Of a DNA stretch of 64,000 nucleotides, positions 37,516 through 49,141 are shown in pieces. The notes beneath the pieces were generated by a model that made no database searches, was not told where the DNA came from, and saw nothing but the letters and a program-made list of their open reading frames with translations. The position numbers and the translations under genes are program-made. This DNA is from Azolla caroliniana (lineage: Eukaryota > Plantae > Polypodiophyta), in NCBI GenBank assembly GCA_043228905.1, contig JBHGNT010000009.1, positions 21,018,001 to 21,082,000 of the forward strand. The letters run 5' to 3'. Position 1 is the first letter of the stretch, and each line of letters opens with the position of its first letter.

Positions 37516-40500
37516 TCAATCTATAAGCAAATTTGGCACACTAGGCTCTTCAGGCGCTGATTGTTCTAGACTATTCTCATTTGTGTCATCTCCACGCTCT
37601 CTTGAATCTAATGTATGTTCAAATTGTGTTACATCTTCTAGGTCCACAACCTCCCCTGCTTCTTCATCAATAGGTTCCATTGGTTCTCGTGAAGTCATTT
37701 GGAACATCTCTGTCTCATTGATGTGCTTAGCTCCGACTTCTTGATCCTGATCTAGACTGTCCCAGATTCCTAGGATCCTCATTTTGATGAAGTTAACTTG
37801 TGCAGGGTCCTTCTCCAAGGCAACACAGTTTTGAAACATCTTCAATGTACAAGTTGTTGTAGTACCTAATGGTCGCATGAACACGAACAAGTATATATAA
37901 GAATTAAAGTCTTAAACTTGATCGACAGAAATGAAAGTAAATATATTTTATATACATGTGCCAGAGAACAAGTCTAGGACCCAATCATCTGGATTCGAGA
38001 AGAGCTCTAGGAGGCAATTGATCAATCTTTGAGGTTTTTGATAAGGATTCACCATACTCTTATCTCCCGAAACATGCCTTAACTTTTTTGTGACAACTAG
38101 GCACATGATATAATTTACCACGTTTCGCTCATTGACATGTGCTGTAGCCTTCTTCTTTGTTATTGAATCATAGTAACCCACACAAAAATGTTCGACTGCA
38201 CTAACCATTCGATCGCCAGGGCTACATGTAATATTTGTTTTAATCCTATAGAGAAATAAAATCATGTTTTAGAGGTATGAATGTCAACATATAATAACAA
38301 GTACCATAATGATTAAAAGCAAACTGTAACACACCAATGCATGTGTTCAGTGGCATGACAACGTGACTTCAAAGCTGTTGTGACTGATAGTGATTGCCCC
38401 ATGCTATGGAATATGATTATCCTCCTCAAGGGGGCCAACGTTAGTTCAGCGAAATCCTTTACCATCTTCTCGATTTGGGGGTACTTGAAAGGCACATCAT
38501 CATATGTTGATCCCGCAATTCAGAATCCATATGGTATGTCGGCTATCAGCAAAGTGTAGTGCCTTCTCGGTAACAGATCGAGCATTTGTGATACTTCCCC
38601 ATTAAAAACACTATAATACAACTGTTTATAACGATCGAACCTATGCAAAAAACTCTTCACAGTCTCTGAATCCTCAGGCAGTTCCATCTCTTTCTCTTCT
38701 CATACTTTGCACGTTCTAAGTGCGTGATAAAGGCAACTGGAATACCATCATTACTGTCGTTGGTCTTTATTTACTTTGATGGTTTTTGCAAGTGTCAATG
38801 TTGTTAGGAGAGAACATTCGCTTTCAATATATTAACATTCAAATGACACATACCCATTCTCTAAAAACAATGAAATATTCCTCCAATGCCTTGTACGAAG
38901 AAGTTATCGGGCACGCTTGCTCCACTTCTTCCCATGTCGGTAAACTCAATTTTTGCATCATCAACTCCTGAATCTTTATGTATACCTTGTGACTATACAA
39001 TAAATATGAAATATGAAATTAGAAATTAATAATAATTGAAGAATATCCTGAAACATTGTATACTATAAACCCTTACTTTTGCAATTTAGTTACCATCTCG
39101 TCCAAACTAAATTCCTTTGCAACAACTTGAGATAGCACGGATATTAATAGCCTGTCATCTTTAATACCTTGTAATGACCTCCAAGGTAAAAGTTTCATGT
39201 CTGCTGCTAACTCCTCGATTACCAAGTCACTTTTGCCCTTTGACTTCGATTTGATCTCAACTTGTGGATCAATCCTTCCCCTCTTTGACCTTTGCCCTTT
39301 GACTTCTTTCCGCTCCCACATGCCAAATATTTTTTCCTGGAGATCCCACACCTCTCCGGTCCAAAAGGTTAGTTGAAACCAAGAATCATATTTTTGTAGC
39401 CCTTCTGATTTTGTGCTCTCATCCATTGCAATCCCCACTTCTAGTAAACACTGGTGACGCAAACCAGGCCACAACCTTGGGCCAAAACGATTTAAGGCAT
39501 CTAGGTACTCATGATGAAAAAATCAAATCCTTTCAATACATGACATCTTTTGACTATAATCATTATCATTGTTATGGTCCCATGTCAGTAACTTCGCCTC
39601 CTCGTGAGTGGGTCCTGCATATACCTTACATTCGGCGTACTTAAAGAAGGGGGTGAGAGGATATTCTTTCACTAGCTGTCTACAAGCTTCGGCTGAATGC
39701 GATCCTCCAATTACATAATATGTATAATCATTAGCAGAGGTATACTTAAAGTCTGCTACTGTTGGACATTGTTCTTGATCAACCATTACTAAAAATGGCA
39801 CGATAGTAGCATGAGGATTAATTTTCATTTTCCTCTTCAAGTTTTGCACATGGACAGTATGCGACTCTCTAATTTCTAGGGGACGTCTTCCAGTCAAGGG
39901 ATCAATTGTAGGCCTCTGGATAGAAGTAATTGGCAAATGAAATAGCTGCCCCTTACGCACAAGTTTTGTTTTAACAATATTTTCTCTTATTTTATTTTGT
40001 TCAGACGTCAATACATCGAAAGATAGTTGACCTCCCGGAGCCACGACGTCGACTTGGTGCTCTTCTTCTTCCTCCACGAATTCTAAAACCTCTTCATCAT
40101 CTTCCTTGGGTCGTGGTCATTTGTTGTATTTCTTATGAACCAGATTTGTCTTTCTAGACTTTTTTGGTGGAGTTTCTGCTTCACCGCTCATCATTTCTCC
40201 TGTCACATACGGCCGCAGTGCAACTAATAAGTTGTTTTTCGTTTGTAGGTCTTTACGTAATAATGACTTGGGGTTGCAACATTCTGGTACTAGGTTTCCC
40301 TTGTAAAGACGCAATCTTTTAGAGCCAACAGAGCTGGAGACATCGATTATAATACTTGAGGAATCAATGTCTTCGTATTCTAAGTTGGTTACATGTCCAT
40401 AGTTAAATGTTTTTCCAAGCTCCAATTTGCCTTTACCGTCTGATTTAGTTGTTATTAAGAGCAGCACCCCATCTTCGTCGACATAAGAGAGACACCATTC

Positions 40501-40716
40501 TAATTCTGGGTAATTCTTATATTTTACTTCAGATGCTTTCTCTTCCTGGGCCACACCCTTGTTATTTTTGGTCGTTGCAACAGAAGACTTAGATCTTCCA
40601 TCCCCTGTTGAGTCAAATAGAGTTCTTTGGAAACATCTTTGACAAAAAAGTCAGAATCTCGCTTTGTTGGAGATCGAATATTTAATTTAAACGAAGGAAC
40701 TTTCTAACGAGAGTCA
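37516..40716 (-). pseudogene. ParB/Srx-like domain fused to a beta-class N6-adenine/N4-cytosine DNA methyltransferase, spliced and disabled
   Basis: Inferred exons about 39077-40716, 38854-38992, 38335-about 38786, 37956-38245 and 37516-37865. ParB-like YYVIGGSHSAEA..ECKVY..EAKLL..HN. MTase motifs VFNGEVSQMLDLLPRRHYTLLIADIPYG (motif IV, 38529-38540), WIK..E, NPYQKPQRLINCLLELFSNPDDWVLDLFSGT-TT and CVALEKDP..IKMRI. In-frame stops and frameshifts are present. Confidence 0.82.
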
Positions 40717-40886
40717 CTGAAATTAAGACAACATCCTATTTAGGTTAATTACAAACAAAAAAGTCAAATAGAGTTCTTTGGAAACATCTTTGACAAAAAA
40801 GTCAGAATCTCGCTTTGTTGGAGATCGAATATTTAATTTAAACGAAGGAACTTTCTAACGAGAGTCACTGAAATTAAGACAACATA
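40611..40886. repeat. Direct duplication (about 125 bp, 151-bp period) at the 5' end of the ParB-MTase gene
   Basis: AGTCAAATAGAGTTCTTTGG...GAAATTAAGACAACAT at 40611 and 40761. Confidence 0.85.
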
Positions 40887-41019
40887 CTATTTGAACAAAA
40901 ACGATGGAGAAAGCAGTAAAATGAAGAAAAATTAAATGCAAAACGCTAAAAATAGTATAGAAATTATGAGAAAACTGTGACGAGGGACATACATTTTCAA
41001 TCTGCAAAACCCTAATTTA

Positions 41020-41161
41020 TCAACCAAAATCCGATGCACTGCATTGGATTGTGGTTGAAAGGTAGTTCCCCTCAACCAAAATCTGATGCACTACATCGGA
41101 TTGTGGTTGAAGGTTGTACCCTTCTACCACAATCCGATGCACTGCATCGGATTTTGGTTGA
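41020..41161. repeat. Three tandem 39-bp palindromes
   Basis: Consensus TCAACCAAAATCCGATGCA-C-TGCATCGGATTTTGGTTGA at 41020-41058, 41072-41110 and 41123-41161. Confidence 0.9.
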
Positions 41162-42102
41162 AGTTTAAGTCAATCTTAATTCGGTTGTATGTTCCCTTAG
41201 CAAAAAAATTAAGGATTATTGCTTATTGTGAAAAGGAATTTTTTAGAATCTTAAAAAATGTAAAGAATATTGCTAACCTAGCGATCTTCTTTCCCTTGTT
41301 CATGATGCCTGGCGGAGGTAGTGCTTCGGAGTGCTTGAAAATAAGTTTGTGCTCTGAGCTCAATGGACTCTTTGTTGCGATAATGAAAATGAAATTTGCA
41401 ACCTCCTTATATATAAGAGTACTTTTTTATTTAAATAAAAATTATTTTTTTTTAAAATTATTATTTTTTCTCTTCTTAAAAAGTATTATAGTCTAACCAA
41501 GACCTCATGTCTAGTTCTAATAGTTATATAGTAAAGCTTCAACATTCCTTAATCTTCTCTAAAGAGGAGTTAGTATATAGCCCTTTCATGGTATTGCCAC
41601 AGGGTTTTTCTTGATAGTTTTGAGAACGTTTTCTTCTACAAGTAGAACATTTTTTTTATTCTATTGCCCCCTTTTCTTTGTCCAACAACTCGTATTTCTC
41701 AATAGAAGAGTACGATTACAAGAAACATTCAAAAGGCTCGCGGCAAAAACAAAAAAGTGAGGCTCCTAGTAGTTCGAATTATCTTTTTTCAATTGATCCT
41801 GTTAATGGCCCTCTTCATGTAAGCTTAGAAGCGGATGATACTTCTATAGATAACAGTAGTATTAGTAAAACTCTTGCATTTAAAAGAATTCCTTGACAAG
41901 TTAGTGAAAAGAGATTTAATTTTTTATGCTCTGATCGTCAACTTCTTTGTGACTTGAACAAAACATGTTGTGCGAATCTCTGCCTTTCAACTTATGGAAA
42001 GTCGAGGTTACATGAAACACGTCAAAAGTACTTGTGGCTTAATGGGGAAGAGCAGGACACATTTCTTCTTTCGCATATGCAACTTAAAATGGATCACAAC
42101 GC

Positions 42103-45100
42103 TGTCGCGTTACTACGCGCGTGTGTGGAGAAATGAGGCGGGACCACCAGGGTCTTGAACCGAAGAGCAGGTGATAGAAGGGGAAAGAGAAAGAGAGAGA
42201 CGCCCGGTCACGTATGAGCAAAGAAACACAGGGGCACGGCCCATCAACGCAGAAGACGCGAATGGACACAGAGACAGGAAGACACAAATGTTTGTATATT
42301 AACGAATGACAAATAAACAACAGAGCACGCGAGAGGTTACAACTGAACAGGCCAGCGAACAGATGCCGATGCCTGTTCGTCTGCGCACGAAAGGGGATAG
42401 GATGGAGGTGCTGCCGGAAGCACACGGGCGTTCCTCGAAGCAGCGCGAGCCTCCCGAAAACCTGCAGAGAAGAGCGATGGAGAACGAACAGAGGAGAAGC
42501 GTTCGGTTACGGTCCGACCACACTTCGTCCTCCTCAATGCGCGATCCCTCTCCCTGCGTCTCCCACTCTTTTTATAGCTTCAAGAGGGGAGCCGTTTCCC
42601 TCATTTACTTCCTACCTACCGAATCTAACTACCCAGGATATACCTATGTACCTAATTCCCTATTATATACATCAAAGGCTGCGCACGCGTGAAGAGCCGG
42701 TTCACGTGCGCTATGCACCGATTGCGCTAAGGGACGGTTTTCTTCACGACATCCGCCCCCACCTAACCGCGCATCCATCGGTATGCACCAAAATTGCGCT
42801 CTGGTTGGAGAAAACCGGTCCGAGTCCTGGTTCTTCGTCCATCGGTTCGTCCTTCGTTTCGGACTGTTCGTCGTCGCTGTCCAGGCCTCTTAGATCTGGT
42901 CCGCCGTCGTGGTGCTTCTTGAATGCTTTAATCCGCTTCCCTGCTACCGGTATCGCCAACCTCGTACCGTTGAGTTCCGCCAGGTGATACGTCCCGTTGT
43001 CGTTGGCGCTCGTTACCACGTAAGGCTCGAACCACCGCTTTGCAAACTTCCGTGTTGCTCGGTGCTGGTTGTCGAGGTTGCTATCGTAGACCAGCACCCA
43101 GTCGCCTTCCTCGATTTTCTTTGGTCGGAGCCGGTGCGTTCGGTCGAACCGGGCTTTGTTCTTCATCCTCGCCGTCCGAAGTCTTTCCGCCGCTCGTTCC
43201 ACGTCCTCTGGCCTCCGCTCGAGCTGCCGTATACGCGTCGCTAGCAGTTCTTCCCGACTCATCTCGTCTCTCCAGTCCACTGTCGCCCAAGAGGAGATCG
43301 TCCGTTCCATCGGCATGATTGGCTTCTGTCCGAACATGAGCTCTAACGGCATGAACTTGGTTACCGAACTGTGCGTTGTCTGGTCCGCCCACAAGGCATA
43401 AGGTAACAGTCGTGGCCAGTTCCCGACCTGGCCTCCGCATGCCTGGACCAGCGCTTTGACGATCGGTCCGTGTCCGCGCTCCAGCTTCCTGTTCGCCTCC
43501 GGATTGTACGCTGTGGTGAGCAAGAGCTTGACCCCTAACCGTTCGAACAACTCCTCGACCTCTTCGGCGTCCAACTCCCCGCGGTCAGCCACGATCTTCC
43601 CGACTCACCCGTACCGGCATATCACGTCCTCGATCAGGAACCGACACATGGCCGCAGTCGTTTTGTTCTACAGGGCTCGGCCTTCCACCTGGTTCGTCAG
43701 GTCCTCCCGGGCCAGCACCAGATATCGCATCTGCCCTACACCCATCGACATCGTCACCAAATCTACCATCCATTTGAAGTGGATGGCCGGAGGGTATGTG
43801 GGGTGAAGCTCGTCCCGATGTCGGACTATGGAGTGCATTTGACAGCTCTCACAAGTTGTCACGAACCGATGCACGTCCCGGTACAGTCCCAGCCACCAGT
43901 ACTTCCCCTTTAGTTTCTCGAACGTGGCCCACGTCCCTCGGTGTCCAGCCTAGGGGCTGTCGTGGTAGGCCTTCAACAACTCCTCCTATTCCTCCTTCAT
44001 CGCCACTACTCGGAGCGGGATGCCGTTTCTCTTCTTTGGGTGCTTCCACAAGTATCCGTCCCGGAGAAAGAATCAGTATGCTTTCTTCCGGATCCGGTTG
44101 GCCTCGTCCTTGGTCCATGACGCATCCGGCGTCATCATCCTCAAGAATCCCCCAATTTGCAGCCACTGCCCGTCATACTTGCTCTCATTGAAATCGTTAA
44201 GTGCCGGGGTGCTCCCCCCCTCGGTGGTCACGTAAGCCGCCTCGAAGAAGTCCACGCCGACTTCCTCGTCCTCCGAAACCATGCCGCCCTCGTCGTCGAA
44301 TCGCGCCCTCGAAAGCATGTCGGGCATGGCATTGTCTTTCCCGGAAATGTGTCGTATTTCCAGATCCAGAGACTTGATATACGCTATCCACCTGAGCATG
44401 GCTAGGTCCGAGGTTGCGCATCCGGAAACCATGCCGAGAATCGGCAGGCAGTCCGTCTCGATAATCACCTCTGTCCCGATCAGATAGTCTTTGTCGGCCT
44501 TCACCGCCGAAACGATACCCCAGAGTTCGCGTTTAACCTGGGCGTATCCTCGCTATCGCTTGCTGAGGACCTTTGCGCCGAACCGGATTGGGAACCGAAT
44601 GCCGTCCTCATCTTCTTGGTTGACGACCCATCCGATCCCGGTCGGACTTGTATCTACCGTTATGTAGATGGGAGTCCCTTTCTCGTAGACAGCCTTCTGG
44701 AGTGCCAGAGCTACAGCAAGAGCCTCCTTCATCTTTCGGACCGACTCCGTATGCTCGACTCGCCACTCGAATTTTCGCCCTTTTTTCAGGTACCCGTATA
44801 GCGGCTCGGCAACGTGGGCGTAATGCGGGATCCATATGTGGTAGAACGCGCATGCTCCCAAGAACCTCCGTACCTCCGTGACCGAGTTACAATCGGGCTT
44901 CATTGCGGAGATGGCTTCCACCTTAGCCGGAGACGGTTTCCGGCCATACGGTCCGCATAGATGTCCGACGACCATGATCTCTGATTGCCCGAATGCCGAT
45001 TTTTCCCCGGAGAAGGTGAGCCTCGCATCCTCTAGCCTCTGCAGCACCCTCTCGCAGTCGTCAATGTGCGTAGCCACGAATTTCCGGCATCTGTCCGGTC

Positions 45101-48100
45101 CGATCGTTTCGTCCCTTTTCTCCACCGGACATCCCTTGATCGGGATGTCATCCAAGAATGGCATGGTGACGTCCGGGATACAATCCCTCAGCACCTTGTT
45201 CATCGCATTCACCATGTGGGCCACCGAGTTCGTCCCTCCTTGTGGCAGGGTACACATCCGCACTAGGCCGAGAGGAGTCCGCATCGTCGTAATGTCTTTG
45301 CTCTCTACGGCTAGTTGGAACTGATCGTACCCCGAGTACAGATCACCGACCGAGTAGATCGACCTTCCGGCGAAGGCCTCCGCGAACTCGTCTATCGTTG
45401 GTCCGATTCCTATGTTCCGAATGGTCACTCTGTTGATTGGTTGCAGGTCTTGAATGAAGCGCAACGTCCCATTCTTCTTTTGTACGGTAAACCACCGGTT
45501 CGAGTACGGGGCACTCAATGGTTCGAGGATGCCCATATCGACTTTCTGCCTCAATAGCTCCATCAGCTCCAGGATGTGAGCTCTCGGTACCGGAATTGGT
45601 TTGAGATTCCACGGCACATGCGGTACCGTGAATATCACCATCGGCTTCACGACTGTCGGGTCTACACACCCGATCTCTTCCGGCGAGAATGCGAAGGCTT
45701 TCCCGTGCCTTCCGAGCATTCTCCGAAACCGGTATTCTTCCGCCGGCAGTAGGAACCCGCCCCCACCGATTTTGAGCTCCCGTAGTGTTCTGTCGGTGAA
45801 GGTGTGTCCTATACAGGCCGGATCTCGTAAACTGGGGTCCGAAGCGACCCCCTTGATTCGCAACTCGCTGCCCTCCGGTAAGGGTGCCGCGACTGGCCTT
45901 ACCTTCCGGTCCACAGTCTTGTACTTCGTGTTAACCCGGGCCATCCGATCCTACTCGAGCCCTCGACTGAAGTCCGCAATGACTTCGTACATCTCTTCTG
46001 AACAAACCGGTATCGTTCGGTCCTCTTTAAGGCCCTCTCTGACCACCTCTCGCAGTATTCCCAAGGTATCGTCGAAGGAGACTGCCTCCACGGCTCCGTT
46101 GATTTCCTCGCTGGGCCTGAGAACTCCGCACGCCCGAAGTCGCTCTTCCGCCCTTGTCTTTTCTCGGCCAACGACGCCGACTATCGTACACCCTCCGTTG
46201 TCGGAGAAACAAAACTTCCTACTTATGGTACAAGGTTTCTTCGGTTTCGCCTCTATCGGACATTTGTGGGGTTTTCCCGGAGTGTCCGGACTGTCACGGC
46301 CCCACGCCTTGACAGCCCTCTCTAAAAATCCTCTCGGTTCTCGCCACCGAGGGACTCGCGGTTTCGCTCGTGGTTCGGTCGCACCGTCAGGAACTCGACC
46401 GAATGACGCCCGTCCTGACTCTTGACCCTCGCGTAAGCCGACCCGTTGTCCAGCACCTTGGTCTCCATCCGTGCTGCCGTAATGTATGGTTCTCCCAGTA
46501 TGACTGGGTGCGAGGACGTCTCCTGCACAAAGAAGTGCTGATCTATCTCGACGTCGCCGATCTTGACTCGCACGTTTGGGCAAGCCCCGTGTAGTTCCTC
46601 AGTGGCGCGCGTCGCCGCCCGTATCTTCCACCCGTGCTTGGTGTTGACCGGCCATTTCCCCTTCTTGTAGAAGTCCATGGACATCAGGTTTATTTCCGAA
46701 CCGTGGTCCACCAGTGCCACCACCGGTTCCTGAACATCTCCGATCTTCACCGGGGTTTCCATGGTCGCTCGGGCCCAGTGTGGCCTCGAATAGTGGCTCT
46801 CCGCCCACTCGTCTTCCAGCGCCATGTCCTCTATGTGCGTCGTCCGCACCTCCACCGACCTTTCTGGTTCTGCCTCCGTCGACAGCCTCTTCCTCTTCAC
46901 CAAGTCTACGATGGAGTCGTGGAACTCCTTCTTGGCGATTCCGAGCACCTCCTGCAACGACAGTTCCACCTTGCTGTCGAGGATTCGTTCTTCCAGGACC
47001 TTTCGTAGGTCCGTGGTCCTTTCGATCTCCGTGCCCAAACGGTATCCGCCCTTCTTGTGGTTATCCCGGGCACTGGTCTCACCGGCCTCGTTCCGTTTCG
47101 GCCCGAATCGGGTTTCGTATCTCTGTGAGGGTCCGGCCCCTCCAGTTTTACCTACACGTTTGTCTTCAACCAGAGCCTCGTAGTTCTGGCAAGCTGCTTC
47201 GACGAAACCCGTCTTTTCTTCGACCGGGTCACTCCACCCGGTTACCTCCTGGACCCGCTTCTCCGCGCGGTCCGCCTCGTATTTCTTTAGTCGGGCACCG
47301 GCGAGGCCTTCCAGCACCGTCAGCCAGAACCCGGCTTTGCTCTCTTTCCGGACCTCGCTGCCTCCGACCCGAATACCGGCTAACGCTGAGTAGTGGACAG
47401 TCTCCGCGTGCCGGGCCGCCGCCTCTTCCATCAGCCTCTTCATTCCTCCTCGCCTGTCGTTTCGATTCAGGGCCCTCCAGGTATCGCTGGCGTGCAGCCG
47501 ACCTTCCCACAGGTACACTACCCGGCTTCTCAAAGCCTCCGCAAAGTCCCCGCAGTCTTTCCGGATGTGGCCGACCTCGTCGCACCACATGCACCTATTT
47601 CCTGCCAGAGGCCGTCGGTCACGAGCCTGTTCGCCGCCTTCCCTCCGAGCTTGGGCGATCTGGAGATCCTTTACCGCCCATGTCAACTCCTCCAAAGCTG
47701 TTCCCCCGGATGAGCCTCTGACCACGCCGGTCGAAGCCGAACCGGTTTCGGGCCACTCCCGGGTCTCTTCCCTTCGCGCCTGTGGTATCGGTTCGAGCTT
47801 CCTTGCTGCGACAGGACCCGCCCCGGTCGCCCTTGTATCAGCCCACTCCCACCGTTTGTCAAAACGGTAGCAGACTCTTTTTACCGCGGCCCAGTTGGCC
47901 GTCAGCCCGTCTTCGGTTTCCAGTAAGGAGCCCACTTACTCCCGATCCCGTGCGTCAACCGATTTGACAAACAGTAGGACACGACTTGTGTCTAGAACGG
48001 TCCGATTGAGCGTTGAAAGGCGCGCAAAACGTTCCTCATACTCCCGGAGGAGTACCGACGCATTTCTTCCTTTGTTGGGGGACTCCACCCACTCCATGAA

Positions 48101-49141
48101 GCCCCGCTTCGAAAGTCGAAGTGCGTCATCCAGCCCGTATTTCTCCAGGAGCCGTCCTTCGAACTCCTCCCAGGTTTGGCTCTCCGCCCGGACCTCGAGC
48201 ACCTCCGCATGGATGCCCGACATCGCCACTCGAGGGAATCCGGCAAGACGCCTCTCTTCCGGAATATCCCTCATCAGCATCTCCGCCCAGTAGGAAGCCA
48301 AATAACTCGTGGCATCCTTTCCACTGAACCGGCCGATCGTACCGTCGATCGCCTCAATAGCCCTGTCAAGGGCGCTGGTGCCCTCGCGCGCGCTCACTAT
48401 CCGGTCCACGGCCGAAGCCATGGCCTCTCCAAGATCCGACCCCCTCATCTTCTGCTCCTCTGCCGCCTTTTTCACGTCGGGTTCACCAAATATGTCGCGT
48501 TACTACGCGCGTGCGTGGAGAAACGAGGCGGGACCACCGGGGTCTTGAACCGAAGAGCAGGTGATAGAAGGGGAAAGAGAAAGAGAGAGACGCCCGGTCA
48601 TGTATAAGCAAAGAAACACAGGGGCACGACCCGTCAACGCAGAAGACGCGAATGGACACAAAGACAGGGAGACACAAATGTTTGTATATTAACGAATGAC
48701 AAATAAACAACAGAGCACGCGAGCGGTTACAACCGAACAGGCCAGCGAACAGATGTCGATGCCTGTTCGTCTGCGCACGAAAGGGGATAGGATGGAGGTG
48801 CTGCCGGAAGCACACGGGCGTTCCTCGAAGCAGCGCGAGCCTCCCGAAAACCTGCAGAGAAGAGCGATGGAGAACGAACAGAGGAGAAGCGTTCGGTTAC
48901 GGTCCGACAGCACTTCGTCCTCCTCAATGCGCGATCCCTCTCCTTGCGTCTCCCACTCTTTTTATAGCTTCAAGAGGGGAGCCGTTTCCCTCATTTACTT
49001 CCTACCTACCGAATCTAACTACCCAGGATATACCTATGTACCTAATTCCCTATTATATACATCAAAGGTTGCGCACGTGTGAAGAGCCGGTTCACGCGCG
49101 CTATGCACCGATTGCGCTAAGGGACTGTTTTCTTCATGACA
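42103..49141 (-). mobile_element. Full-length non-chromovirus Ty3/Gypsy retrotransposon (gag-PR / RT-RH-IN)
   Basis: 649-bp LTRs at 42103-42751 and 48493-49141 with about 20 mismatches. 4-bp TSD ACGC and PPT AGGTGGGGGCGGA. Gag CMWCDEVGHIRKDC, PR LVDHGSEIN, RT PFLDD, RNase H and integrase (AYNPEAN) are present, with several premature stops. Confidence 0.96.
48471..48488 (-). promoter_or_regulatory. Primer binding site complementary to tRNA-Trp
   Basis: Minus-strand TGGTGAACCCGACGTGAA lies 4 nt inside the 5' LTR boundary. Its complement TTCACGTCGGGTTCACCA matches the 3' end of plant cytosolic tRNA-Trp as recalled. Confidence 0.8.

Noticed and set aside
37516-40716. Bacterial contamination as the source of the MTase
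   Set aside because: GT-AG introns split the motifs, the sequence is decayed, and it is contiguous with plant retrotransposons.
41020-41161. CRISPR-like appearance of the palindromic repeats
   Set aside because: Only three units, 12-13 bp spacers that resemble each other, eukaryotic context and no cas genes.
42084-49082. Many antisense or alternate-frame ORFs, including twin 128-aa ORFs
   Set aside because: Shadow ORFs of a GC-rich Gypsy; the twins simply reflect the two LTRs.
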